From the NCBI RefSeq assembly GCF_038025025.1, contig NW_027117339.1, positions 496,001-560,000 of the forward strand: 64,000 nt of DNA, in the 5' to 3' direction. The notes below the pieces were generated by a model that saw only the letters and a program-made list of their open reading frames with translations, was not told the DNA's origin and did not search any database. Source of the DNA: Phyllosticta citribraziliensis (Eukaryota). Of the stretch, positions 13,404 to 27,619 are shown piece by piece. The position numbers were made by a program, and so were the translations under genes. Positions within the stretch are counted from its first letter, which is position 1. Every line of letters begins with the position of its first letter.

Positions 13404-14696
13404 ATGGACAAATTCCAGTCTTTCGGCAAGAACTTCTCGTACGTCACCTGTGCGCGCCCTCACTGCCGATCACTCCGACCACCTATGCCAGTATCGACGA
13501 CTGACAGACTGGTGCCTACAGTGCCTCCTTCTCCCCCTTCGCTGCGCGCACTCAGCAATATGTGAGGGAACAGCTGGGACAGGCGGATGACAAGGTACGA
13601 TGGCTCTGTGACGCAGGAACAGCGCTGCAGGGTCCGAGCTAGCTGACGCGACGTCAGACCCAGCTTCCGCCCGACTACATTGAGTTGGAGAAGCGCGTCG
13701 ACGCTCTGAAGCAGGTCCACCAGAAGATGCTTCAGGTCACGTAAGTTGTTCCGAATCATATCAAATCGCCGAGTCCTGCTAATCCCCCGCAGCTCGCAGT
13801 ACACGAACGAGGGCTACGACTACCCTACGAACCTCCGCGAATCCTTCAACGACCTGGGCCGCACCGTTTCTGAGAAGGTCACCCTCCTCTCCTCCGCCAC
13901 CTCCCCCGCTGAAGCTCAGGCGGCCCTCACTGCTCCCCCCTCGGCGAAGCCGCAGCCCAAGACCTTCAACCACGCAATCGCCCGCGCTGCCCTCGCCAGC
14001 TCGACGACCCTGACTCAGGACCATGGCAGCAGCGGTGAGGACCCGCTGGCCACGGCCCTTGAGAAGTATGCACTTTCCATGGAGAAGGTCGGCGAGGCGC
14101 GCTTGGCCCAGGACATGCAGATCCAGAGCCGCTTCCTGGCTGGCTGGAGCACCACCTTGAACACGAATCTCATGTTTGCGGCTCGTGCCCGCAAGGCTGT
14201 CGAGAACGCCAGGCTGAACCTGGATGCTACGAAAGCAAAGGCGAAGGCTGGCGGTGGTTTTGCTCTGCCGGGCCAGAAGAAGCAACCGGGTGAGGAGGAG
14301 CACATTAGCGAGGAGGCTAGGGCCCAGATTGAGCAGGCTGAGGACGAATTTGTCGGCCAGACTGAGGAGGCCGTGGGCGTCATGAAGAATGTAGGTCATG
14401 GTGTAGATGGATTGTTCTACGATTGTGCTGACGCGGCATCTCCAGGTCCTGGACACCCCCGAGCCCCTTCGCAACCTTGCAGACCTCATTGCCGCCCAAC
14501 TTGAGTACCACAAGAAGGCATATGAGATTCTGAGCGAGTTGGCTCCCGTTGTTGATCAGTTGCAGGTTGAGCAGGAGGTGCGTCGCCACGATACCTATGA
14601 GGCGTGAAAATGCCGCTCGTAATTGCTCCTGTACACCAATGCTGATCATCGTTTTCCGAACAGGCGAGCTACCGCAAGAGCCGTGAGGGTGCTTAA
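13404..14696 (+). CDS. GVP36: BAR-domain protein Gvp36-like, multi-exon
   Basis: MDKFQSFGKNF start; TQLPPDYIELEKRVDALK, YTNEGYDYPTNLRESF, EQAEDEFVGQTEEAVGVMKNVLDTPEPLRNL; several canonical introns. Confidence 0.85.
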
Positions 14697-15425
14697 GCGG
14701 CGAGCCATATACTCAGATTGTCACGGTGCGGCATTGAATGAATTTGCAGTTTCGGTGTGCTTCGATTTGGGCACGAGAGCAACTGTTGGGCCCAAACTCG
14801 TGCTGCTTGGAGCGCTGTGGAAACCGTCGGAAGGAATGGCCTGCAGCCACCAACAACAAACCACTTTTACCCCACCTTGATCACTTTTTGCTTAGATTCC
14901 TTACGAGTAGCAGGGTGACTAGTCTGATTCAAGGCTACACTGCATTTTGGACTGAACTGTCTCTTTGATTGAAGGAGCAATTATTCTCTCTTCATACGAA
15001 CTGTCCTGATTAGGGGTCTTTTCCATTCGTCTGCCTTGACGTGCTGCGTAGGGACAGATGATTTCTGCCATGGATAATTTAATTATCAGACATCTTGCCT
15101 TCCACTGCGTGATTGTGTTTCCAAATCTTCTTGGTCCAGACTGCGTGGCAGACTGGTTTCGACAAAGTACAGCTCGACGAATTGAAACAGCCCAAAGACC
15201 TTTCCGTACTCCCTACACCGCCGCGCCAGACCAGATGAAAACCTGCCGTATGCTTTTGTGCTGTCCTTCTCCAGCTGCCGAGTCACGACTTGACGCGACT
15301 GGCATCTGCTGTAGACGAGTTTCCGACTCGATCGAGTGGAGGGATCGCCGGCGAAGCTGAGATGCTGTATTTTCCAAAAACGGGATATAATGAGTCTCGC
15401 CCCTCTCGCCTACACCCAGCGTTGC

Positions 15426-16515
<1,090 letters not shown>

Positions 16516-16610
16516 TTTGGAGGGTGGTGCTGCGTGTGTCGGTTGGTGCTGTCGACCTGACCGTGGTGTTGCGGCGGCGGCTTGGAAACTTTTGGATGGG
16601 CCAGCACCGG

Positions 16611-16838
16611 CGCGTCGCGTAAAAATGCCGCTTTCGCCTAAAGCTACCCTTTCTGTGGAGCTGCCCCAGACTCGATTTCCATTGGCCAACGCGACAGACG
16701 CGCTGACACTACGACTTTCGCGTCAAGCAAGCCCGCATACATCCATCCGCAACCTACCTTACCTACCGCTCTCCCTAGCTACGACAAATTTTCTCCCATG
16801 TCCTATTGAATATCCAGATACTCCCATCCACACACGCG
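16611..16838. promoter_or_regulatory. Cluster of MCB-like (ACGCG/CGCGT) cores in the divergent KRR1-MRC1 promoter
   Basis: Cores at 16611, 16616, 16689, 16698, 16719 and 16834. MRC1 orthologs are known MBF (G1/S) targets in yeasts. Confidence 0.55.
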
Positions 16839-16865
16839 AGCATCGAAAAGCAGACACACGCCACA

Positions 16866-19800
16866 ATGTCTGCCATATCGACTCCCAACCGCTCGCGCGC
16901 CTCGTCCGCGTCGTCCTCGCCCGCTTCACGCGTCGCCAAATCGCCGATGGAGCTCACCCCGCGAAGCAAAGTCAAGGCCATGCTTGCTGCTGCTGGCATG
17001 AGCGACGACTCTGAAGACGACGATATTCCCACGAAACCTGCGAATGCGGCGCACAAGAAATCCACGGCCGATGCCCCGGCAAAGCCTGCGTCTCCGAACG
17101 CGGCCTCGAGCGAGGATGACGATGAAGATGTCGTTCCTGTCAGAAAACCGGCGGGCAAGATGGCTGCGAGGATGATGGCGAGGCGGCAAGAACCGTCTGA
17201 GGGTGAAGAGGAGGAGGAAGAAGACAATTCGTATGCAAGAGTAAAGCGTATGCTTATGTCTGGCAAGGACAAGCAGAAGGAGGCTGCGTCATCACCGCCA
17301 AAAGACAGCTTAGATGAGGCATCAAGCTCGGAAGAAGATGCGGTGGTCTCCAAGCCGGCCGCAAGGAGACGGGGTGCCCATTCTCCCGTTTCCAGGTCTC
17401 GCGCCTCGTCCCCTGGCCTCTTTGTATCGCCCGCTCGACCTTACGCCGCCGAACCAGACTCCGATGCCGAGAACCCTAGCACAACGGCCAAATCTAAGCT
17501 GGACGAGCTTGTTGCTCGAAAACGTGCTGAGCGCAAGGAACGCGAAGCTGCCAGTAAAACCGCTCGCGAAGCCAATCGCCGCAAATCCAAAGCCAACCAG
17601 CGCGCAGAGCGCGAACTGGCAGGCTCAGAGACCGACAGCAATGACGACGAGGAAGTGGGAAAGAAGCTCACACAGCAGAGTCGGCCAACAAGGAAAGCGA
17701 GCAAGAAGGCCATCGAGGAGATGAATCGGGAAACGCAGAGGATGAGCAGAATGATGCAGTTGACGCATCGGGCCAAGACTAAGAAGAAGTACACGACGAA
17801 AGACCTTTTCGCCAAGTTCAATTATGGTCAGCCCAAACCTGCCGCGGAGGATACGCCGCCATCTAACGACACCCCGAATACGTCCTCGGACTTGGATCAG
17901 AGAGAAAAGGAAACTCCTCCGACTAGCCCACAAAGTCTGGAAGGTACACAGGGAAAGGATCCCACGCAAAACATGGAGATTGATGACAATGGTTTCCGTC
18001 TCGACACCGTTGTAGATATTGGTCAGAATGCAGGCGACGAAGAGGATTTGCCTGATCTCGGGAAGCTTCTGGCGCAGTCCAAGAGAATCGCCAAGGGAAA
18101 AGGAAGGGCAATGTCTGAGAAACCTCCTGAAGCTGGATCTACGACAAAGACTACTGAGGAACAGCCGCTTCCCGAACCAAACGTTGTGGTCCCAAGAAAG
18201 GAGCAAAACCCCAAAGTTTTCCGTGTCGTGCCGCCCAAGAATCCTGTTCAACCCGCCGATGACGAAGACGATGATGATCTCGAAATTGTTCACAGCCGCT
18301 TCCCCGTTTTCGACAACCTACCTCTACGCAATGCCAAAGAGCCTCCAGCCTTTCTTGCACTCCGCCACCTCGCTCATCTCAACTACGACGACAATGTCGA
18401 CCGAAAAGGCCGCAGGTCCCTCACTGCGGGAGAGCTGCAAGCAATGCTAAAAGCAAAGGCTCGCGAGCAAGCGAAGCAGGAGAAGGAAGAGAAGATTGAG
18501 CAGTTGAGAGCAAAGGGCATCTTTGTCCAAACAGAGGAGGAACGCGAAAGGGACCAGCTTGAACTCGAAAACTTGCTTGAGAAGGCGAGGAAAGAGGACG
18601 AAGAGCTGGCAAAGAAGGAAAAGGCCGAGAAGAAAGCTGAAGGTGGAGGTGATGACCTTCCTGACAGCGACGATGACGAGAGCTACGTCGAAGATGGCGA
18701 GGGCGGTGATGAAGAGGAACCGGATCTGGAGATGTCTGGATCTGAGGATGAGATTGAGGAAGAGGAAGAAGAGGCGGCGGACGCTGGCGGTCTACTTGAC
18801 AATGAAGCCGGCGAAGATGAGGACGAGGAGATGGCAGAGGACGAGGCTCCTGTCGAAGCTGAAGTGGATGCCATGGACGAGGGTTCGGATGAAGAAGACT
18901 ACGCTCGCCGCACGTCAGCACCCCGAGGCCGAAGACGCGTCGTTGACGATGACGACGAAGAGGAAACCGGCCCGCAGCCTTCAGCGCCCCAATCTCAGCC
19001 TCCATCGACGCAGGACGAGGCCATGGCTGCCTTCGGCTTTGCTCCTGCCCTTCCGCCCGTGGGCCTCTCACAGATGTTCGCCGGCACCATGGCTGATCCC
19101 GAATCTCAAGCGCCTCCCATTGCGGCTGTTGACTCTCAACAAGATTCTCTGGATTTTCTACGAAACATGCCTGTGTCCACGATCCCGGGGTTCGACATGG
19201 GTATGACGCAAGCATCTCAGCAGAGCATCATTCGGGACAGCCAGCCACCTCCATCTCAAACGGAAGGAGAATCGGGGCAAATTGAGCTCGGTCTGTCCCA
19301 ATTCCCGTCGCAGCCGGTTGACGGTGGCCAGATGCCAAGCACTCAAATGTCGGACATGCCAGACCCGACTCAGGATGGCGGCTTCGATGTCTCTCGTACT
19401 CCGGGCAGATATGCCCACAGGACACCAGCGCCCTCTTCGGCTGGTGCTAACGGTTCTGGCGCCACGATCGACACAGTCATCTTGCCTGGAGAGGAGTCTC
19501 CTGCGCTTCAAAAGAAAAAGGGTCGCCTGCAGCGTGGCAAGCAAGCCACCGTGGAACTTTCTGATGTTGATCAGGACGACCACATGTCCGATGCGGATGA
19601 CAAATCAGCAGTCTCGGAGTCTGAGGTAGAGGACACGAACGGGGACTTCAACATTGATCGTTCCGCCTTTGACGTCCTTCGCAAGGGCGCGAAAAAGGCC
19701 AAAAAGCGCGCAGAGGCTTTTGACAAGAAGAACAGCGCCGCCAAGGACATGGTCTACGAACAAGCCGAGGAATCAGAGGACGAATACGCCGGTCTTGGAG

Positions 19801-21042
19801 GTGTCAGTGATGACGACAGCAATGACGAGCTTGACGAAGACCTCAAGCAGATGGTTGTCGAAGGCAAGGTGGATGTGAATGAGCGCGAATTGGCTGCTTT
19901 CGCGGCCGAGAGAGAGCGAGCTGAGGACGAGAAGCGCATCGACAAACTGTACAAGGACATCACGAACGGAGGTCTGCGCAAAAGAAGGGGAGGCAACTTC
20001 GACCTGAGCGATTCGGATGATGATGGCGATGAGATGAGGCGGAGGAAGCAACGCGAGTTTGCCCGCATGCGCAAAGCGTTGATGGAGGACGAGAGGATTG
20101 GCAAGATTGGTAAGTTGCTCCTCAAGCCTAGATCTTTCGATTACCATGTTTGCTGACTGCCGTGTCCCAGCCGAGAATCCAAAGAAGCAGGCCTTTCTCC
20201 GCGCCATCGAAGACCACGATGATGACGACGACATTGACATCCTTGATGGTCCTGGAGACGACTCTCAGACGCCGGTGATTCCGGATTCCCAGGAGGACAC
20301 GGCAAACGTCGAGCAGCAGAACACTGCCCCAGCAGAAGCTGGCCCTTCCAATCCCCTGAAGCGCAAGTCCCCGTCTGCGCAGGACAGCGAAGACCAGCGT
20401 CCACCTGCCCGTCTCCGTCGCACTGCCGCCACGACCTCGATGCCGCCCCCTCTGCGCAAGCCCACCACGCTTGCCGAGATCCGCGAGTCCGTCTCTTCCC
20501 TCATCGACGATCCGTCGGTCCAAGAGACAGACGTCTCCGACTCCGACTCGGACGCAGGCGACGACGAGCCTAGCAAAACCACCGCAGCTCCTACCAATGG
20601 TGGCAGCGATGCGGGATCCATGGCCTCTCGACGCACCGTCAGGCCCATTGTCGACCGCCTCTCGCTCTCGCGCTCCTCGACCGCCGCGACCTCGGACACT
20701 TCGCAGCCGCTCGCCTTCCACGCGCCGGCCAGCTCGACGCACCGCCCGGGCTTCCGCGTGCCGACGTTGCTGCGCCGCGCCACCACCAACTTGTCCACCA
20801 CCTCGACCACCTCTGACGCTAGCAGCGGCAGCGGTAGTGCTGCCGCCGCCGCCAGCGCGGAGGTCAGGCGCGGTGGCAACAAGAAGAGTAGTATCCACTA
20901 CCAGTCTCGCGAGGCGGAACGCAAGAAGGTGGTCGAGGCGGCAGAGAGGAAGAGGAAGGAGGGGTTGAGAAAGAGAGTCGGCGTGGGACGGAAGAGCGGG
21001 CTGGCTGGGTACTTGGGGGCTGGTAGCGGCGGCTTTGAGTGA
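16866..21042 (+). CDS. MRC1: Replication checkpoint mediator Mrc1/Claspin
   Basis: Large acidic, SQ/TQ-rich protein; RKASKKAIEEMNRETQRMSR; MRC1-like domain (EQAEESEDEYAGLGG...LYKDITNGGLRKRR); intron 20110-20170. Confidence 0.9.
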
Positions 21043-21576
21043 GGGTGATGCTGCGGAGTATGCGATGTTGTCTTCGTCACGTCCCTTGTTTTCTAGACGT
21101 AGTTTTGGATCTTTGCGTTGCGACATGGCATGGTTGCATGGTGGCATAGGGAGGTGTTACTGGCTGGCGCTCTTTTCGGGGCTCGGGCATCAGGGAGTTT
21201 GTGGAGATACCATTTATCATCAATGCATAACTTTTCGGCTTCGCCTTTTGTGTCAAGAGGGTATGTCTGTGTGAGCTCATTTTCGTCCTTTGGAACTCGA
21301 CCAAGGCCTTGAGAGATGTGTGAAGATGATGCTTGCTGGACTCTCTCCGCTGTGGCACATCAACCACCACGGCATTGCTCCTCTCGACGAGCCATGCTCG
21401 CCTCGATTGCTGGCTTGAGATTTCTTCCCAACCGCCTGCTCTCGATGCGCTTGCGTCCTTTAGGCAACCGGCAGCGCCCGCAGTCCACCTCGCCCAGCAG
21501 CGCCCGCAGGCGCACACCCACTCCCGCCTTACCCAATCCAGCAACACAACAGCGCCCGCAACCCACCTCGCCCACC

Positions 21577-21862
21577 TATATAAACCCCCCTCCCTCCCAC
21601 CTCTCCACCTCTTCTTCTCTTCCTCTTCATACCGGTCCCCCATTCACGTTTCCACGCCATCTCAGGTCCGGGGCATCCTGGGCACCCTGGCCAGTGCCTG
21701 GTTGAGGCTTCGGACCTTCCTTCCAGTGTTGCCTTCCCTTGCCCACTTCCTAAGTTTCGCGCGCGCGACCGCCCTTGTGCTCGTCGGATGAGGCGCCTGC
21801 GGGAGTGACCCATCTGACCCGGGGCGGCACCACCAATTTTTTGTTCACCTTTGCGAGCTGAA
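21577..21862 (+). ncRNA. Putative unannotated TATA-driven structured RNA
   Basis: TATATAAA at 21577, pyrimidine-rich initiator region, two long GC-rich hairpins, AATTTTTTG and a small terminal hairpin; lies in a 1.9-kb gap between convergent genes. Confidence 0.3.
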
Positions 21863-22919
21863 ATGCTTGTTTGCTTCGTCGAACTGAAATGCTCTTTTGG
21901 ATTTTGTCGGTTGGTGGGTTGTTTGGCTGGGCTGGCCGGCGAGTTCTTGGTTTGGTTGATGTGGGCTGCAGGCGTTGGGATTCACTTGTTTCTTTCTTTT
22001 TGAATCTTGCTTCCACTCATTGACCTGCTGTCGTGGTGCCTTTCTTGATGGACGTGACTCTGAATCTGACTGCAATAGGTACCCATGAATGATATTTACT
22101 TGTTGTCAGCTATGATCCCCAGACATTGAAACAAGTACCTACGCCAAGACCTTGCACGCGGCGACCTGCAAAGCAATACTGATATTCTGCCTGACCAGAG
22201 GACTTGGGCGTGTCGGTCAAGGCAGGAAGCAGCCCCAAGCCGCGCCTCCGTCGTGCATGTCGCACGCTGCGAGGACACCGAACGCCCACCAAACATTTAC
22301 CTTAGCCGCTAGTAGCGCAGCATCGGCAAAAACAAGGCAAATACAATGGTGCGTCCGACCTCAGAGCCAAGGACAATGCAAACGGTGGTTGTCAAGCCTG
22401 ACAAACGCAAGGAAAATGGAACGCCAGCCGACGTCTGTGCTGAACCACGTAGAATGCAGCGTTGGGAAGACAGCAGGCTCGGCGAGATGATTCCTGCAGT
22501 CTTTCAAGTGGCGCTCTTTGTCTGCATCCGTTGGCCCGCCAGGCGCCTTACGGAATGGAGTGCTCACTTAAGGAGCAGAGCAGTGGTTCTGAGAAACACA
22601 TGGGCAATGGAGGGCGTGGGGGCGTTGTGTGCCGAATTTGATCAGTTGGCCATGTAAGATCATGGCATCTGGGTGTCGAAGCTTCAAACCTGTGTTCAAT
22701 GGGGACGTTTCCAAGCAGGGCAGCCTGTTGCCAGAGAGCACTTTGTCAGAGGCGGGCGTGGTTGGCTTGCAATCGTGAACAAGCTGAACGAGACTTTATT
22801 GTCCGCAAAACTTTGAACTCTTCATCAAAAAACTGGGAAGGAAAGATAAGGGAAAAGATCGTGAACACCAATAGCCGATCCAAAACAATCGTGAGACCTG
22901 TCGTTTCCAAAGATCCAGA

Positions 22920-24665
22920 TCAAGCCAAAGCACTATGACCAGTTAGCCAACGGCAATGAAGCAGAGGTTGGAGGGTAACTCACCCCATGGGGTCCCACAG
23001 ATCCAAAACCTTTGGTTCCTGCTTCAAAACATCACGAACCTCCTTACTGACCACGCTCGGGTCCACAACAGCCTGGTAGACAAACTCGTCCATCCACTTG
23101 TCACTCATGACAAAGTACCCATCAGTACCGGCGCTGGCACTCCAGCTATTCTCGACACGCCAGCGGACCGGCTCGTTCGTCTTCTCGTCAAGATGCACGC
23201 CCGTTAATACCATGGCGTGAGTCATGGCGCTCTCGCCGGTCATGAGCCTCTCGGCCTTGCTGAGCGCCAGCTTGGTGTTGAATGCAAGCTCGTAATCGAA
23301 GAGTGCCGTGTCCATGATGCCCTTGGACGAGTCGGAGTACTTGCCCACGTCCGAGCCGAAGAAGACGGGGATGCCGCGCTTCAACGTCTCGACGACTGCC
23401 TTTTTGATGGTCACGTTGTCCACGTTTACGTACGTCACGGGGCGCCCGCCCCACACGTTTCCTAGGCGGTTTACGGTCAACAGCGTGTTGTACGAGTTTC
23501 GCGGGTCGTTGACAAGACTGAACAGGCGGTGGACGTCGGTGCCACCACATGCTTTGACGGTACGCGCGTCTGACAGCTCCTTAGCGAACTCCGTGGGTCG
23601 CGCTTGAATGTTGTGGTAAGCGCCGTCCTTGTCGTAAAATTGCCATTCGAAGGCGCTCTTTGGGGATGGAGGAGGTCCCAGCATGAGGGTGAGGATGAGG
23701 TGGATCTCTTGCATCATTTTCTCCTTGACGGAGCCAAGGGAAGCGCGAGAGCTGAGGGAAGGGGAGGATGCAAGTCTGCGAAGGCGCAAGGCGTGCTCGC
23801 GGAGTTTGGTCGTCACAAGGCGGTTCAAGAGCGAGGAATTCATCGCGTTGTAGGCGTCAGGGTAGAGCGATTGAGGGACCTGCGAGATAAGTGTCCTACT
23901 TCTTCATGGATTCGGGAACGAAAACTTACCAGGCCGTATTTCTCGACGAGGTTGGCCACCATGTCCCACTGGCCGCCGTCTCCAACGGGGCTGGCAAGGA
24001 GGGTTTGGAGCAACCTCCCATCCAGAGGATCTTCCACTGTCTGCAGAATATTTTCCAAGAAGTAGTTTGCCTTTTCTATCTTGTCCCAGTAAAACAGGTA
24101 TGCCTGGCTTAACTCGAACTTTTCCAACTTGTACTTCTTCATGATGGCGACCCGAAAAACGTTTGTGGAGGCAAAGAGCCAGCAACGGCCAGAGGCACGC
24201 TGGTTTGTGACAGGGCTGCCCTCGAATGGAATCTTGACGTTGAAGATTTGTGTGTCGCCGATGACCGTGGAACGCCGCTTGAGGATCGAGTTCGTGTCGT
24301 TGGCCGCAAAGGCGTTCAGAGCCATGAGGTTCTAGCGAAAGAATTAGCATAGTCGACCTTGTGGTGAGAAATTCCCCAGTACCTTGTCATCTTGCAATAC
24401 CTCCCTCTCCCACTGGCTGATCTTGTCGACCGAGAGGGTCTGCTGGTGTTCTGACAGCTTGTACGTCGGAGCTGGCGGGTTCCCTGTTAGCAAGGCCGTG
24501 GTCTGTGACGCGACTCCTGGGATACCTACGAGGCCCATTATCGATGTACACATAGTCCTTCTCAGCGATCTCGCGCTCGCTTCGAAGTTCCAAAGCCCGG
24601 AGAGCCTCGGTCAGCTTCTCTTGAGCGCCAGCCTCGGGCTGCGGCTTCGACTGCGAGATACCCAT
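22920..24665 (-). CDS. LAP3: Bleomycin hydrolase / cysteine aminopeptidase (peptidase C1B), multi-exon
   Basis: NQRASGRCWLFA (catalytic Cys), MTHAM (His), WRVENSW (Asn); spliced C-terminus WDPMG|ALA*. Confidence 0.95.
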
Positions 24666-25300
24666 TTGCAAAGAGACGCGGCGAGAAGATGGTCAACTTG
24701 ATGGAAAGTGCGGAGAGAGGCCTCGTGCGTGTGGAGTTCAGCTGTCGAGGGTCAAGAACTGGACGATGGTGTGGGGAGAGCTGGAGAGCTCGTGATGGGA
24801 GTCGGGCTGCCGCCTGCCACCTGCCACCTACCTTGATGGCTCGAGATAAGCTTATCACGACGACTCCCCTGCCCCGCCCAACCGCTTCATCTCGACGACT
24901 CTCTCCCGTCATCTCTACCGCCCTCCACAACCGCTGCCACCGACTTTTGTTTCATCGTCCTGGACTTCTGACACCCTCGGCCGAAAGTCAAGTAGACTGC
25001 GGCACGGGAAACGACCTGGCGACAGTCTCTTCCCTGGAGGAGCCCTGCCTCCAAAAACAATTTCGAAATTACGATGGCTTTCACTGCTGGCAAGGCAACA
25101 ATGAAGACGGCCTTCCCAGCATTTCAGGCTCAGGGTCATCAAAGTCTGCTTGATTGCATCTAGAGTACAGGTTTTATTTTCTACCGCCTAGTCGCGCCGC
25201 GTACCATTAACCTCAGTAACCATAACATGAGGATCCGCCTCGAGAATTCTTCTTCCAAAATTTCCTTCATCGAGTTGCCCAAAGTTCTGGATCCTTCCCA

Positions 25301-25758
25301 TCAAAGCAACAAGGCGGCAATCCCGATAGCCATGAAGAGACTACCCCCGATGGCAGCGTCCTTTGAGGCTGATCCCTCAAACGAGGAGGGCGAAGGTGTG
25401 GCTGTGGCGGCAACGTTGGTGCCGGCCCCAGTTCCTGCGTCTGCACCAGACGACGCTGCTGGTTTTGGTCCCACGGGTCCTGGAGTAAAAGTTACGGTGC
25501 CATTCGACTTAACGACATAGAGAGTCGGGCATGGTGTTGATGGTCCAGCTGGATCGGTGCGCGAGACGATGTCATTTTCTGTGGTTGTCTTTGCGGCGCA
25601 AGGAGCGACAGTCAAAGTCGTGGAAACGCTTGTCCTTTTCAAAGTCAGCAAAGCCCCCCATCATTGGCTCCATCCAGCGACAAATGCAAGAGAACTTACT
25701 GGGCGTACGCCTGAGAGACCGCAGCGACTATCGTCGCAATGATAAAGGTTGACTTCAT
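25301..25758 (-). CDS. Small secreted Ser/Thr-rich GPI-anchored protein
   Basis: Signal peptide MKSTFIIATIVAAVSQAYAQ, one intron, T/P-rich body, C-terminal FEGSAS followed by a hydrophobic tail. Confidence 0.75.
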
Positions 25759-26664
25759 CGCAGCTATTTACGCTCGTGAAGTTGCGTTCCGACCGAGACG
25801 AGGGGAATTGTGACGTTTGAGAGGTTCAGAATGGCACTTGGGAGAAACAAGGTCGAGATCTTCCTGTGTCTTACTGGCAGTAGGTCGGACTTTTCAACAG
25901 CTCATTGAGAATATCCACGTCGCTTGAAAGAGGACAAGGCTACATTTTTGGGCCCAGAATACGTCTGCTCCCAGCGTCCTGGCTGGCTTCAGGACGAAAG
26001 TCGAGAGCGTGGGCGTTCCCATCTCTTGGCGAAAAGGACTGTCGATGTTCCCATTTGAGCATTCCTCAATCCGCTTCCGGATTAGCTTTCCCCACCACAG
26101 AACGATGACGCCCGCAACGGCCGCTACCAGCGTCTGACCGTAATTGCTCTACTGGATCCACAGAATTCTCTTTCATCAGAAATTACTAACTCCAAGTAGA
26201 CGCGACCTTTCCTCTCGCGTTTAGTACAAAAGCTTGCCAACTATCGTTTGTGCAAAAGCGGCCTGAGAAAGCTCTTTGAACTACCAAAGCCCTTTGTAAC
26301 CCTTTTCTTGTGGACCAATTGTCGGGACCAATTGGCCAGCCCATGCGAGATTTCGAATACAGACTGTTTTGATTTAGTGTACGCACTGCTCAAGTTAGCT
26401 TCGAGCAAGAGAAAAGTCGAGCCTCTGCTAGCGGTCTAATCAGTTACTGTCAACTTGTCATTGTCCACCTTTGCTCGATGATCCTGCAAACAAGCAGAGG
26501 GACGCTTGGGAGGCTTCTGAAAGCGGATCATGGTCCGCCGCTACTTACATTAAAAAGTGATTCGATGCATCAATCTTTGGGCTTTACTGCCATCATTGCT
26601 TCGTTTCCAATTCAGGAAACTTCAACTCTGCTGTTCCTTTAACACACTATCTTTGAAAAAAAAG

Positions 26665-27619
26665 ATGAAGGTTTCAACGGCCATTGCGGCCCTCACCGCT
26701 GGACTTGCATATGCCGTCCCCACCAAGCGTCAGGAGTCTGGACCCACCGACGTCGACATTCTCCAATATGCTCTGACGCTCGAACACGTTGAGGCGGCTT
26801 TCTATGCCCAAGGACTCCAGAACTACACCCAAGCTGATTTCGCAGCGGCTGGTTATGATTCGACTTTCTACGACAACCTTGCCACCGTCGCCAAAGACGA
26901 GGCCGACCATGTTGACTTCCTCACCACGGCAATCAGCGGTGTTGGAAGTACGCCGGTACAGGCATGTACCTATGCATTTGGGGTGACGGATGTTAAGGGC
27001 TTCCTCGCCACCGCGTCTTTGCTCGAAGGTCTGTCTTTCATCAGTTGTACGCTTGAACAATGCTAAAATATTCCCAGGCGTTGGTGTTTCTGCCTACCTC
27101 GGTGTGGCCGCAGACATCATGTCCAAGACTTACCTTACATTGGCCGGCTCGATCCTGACCGTTGAAGCGCGTCACTCGTCCTACCTGCGTGCTGCGCAAA
27201 GGCCAGCCCAGGTGCCCTTTGCTCAACCTTTCGACAACCCGCTCGAGGTCCGATCCGTCTACACTCTTGCCTCTGGCTTTGTCGTGGACTGCCCCAAGGC
27301 AAACAACAAGCCTCCTTTCGGGCCTTTCCCAGCTCTCAAGGCTGCCTCGATTGACGGCTCCGCCGTGACCACTGGCTCAGTCCTTGAGCTGACGACTCCG
27401 GGTGCGGATGTCGTGGCGGTGGGCAATGCAACCGTGTATGCGGCGTTCATCACGGCCACAGGCCCTGTTTCGATTGTCGCGCAGAAGGCGAAGACTGGGT
27501 TCACTGTCACTGTGCCGCAGGGTGTCAAGGGGCAGAGCTACCTTGTGTTGACTGGATGCGCGGACGACGCTAGTGACGACACGATCGTGGCTGGGCCGGC
27601 CGTCATTGAAATTGCGTAA
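26665..27619 (+). CDS. Secreted ferritin-like domain protein (Rds1 family)
   Basis: Signal peptide and KR site; DVDILQYALTLEHVEAAFY, LEGVGVSAYLG, ILTVEARHSS; intron approx 27029-27078. Confidence 0.9.

Noticed and set aside
21100..22900. Telomerase RNA, RNase MRP or TPP riboswitch in the MRC1-LAP3 gap
   Set aside because: I found no TAACCCTAA template, no complete MRP P4 halves and no TPP aptamer core.
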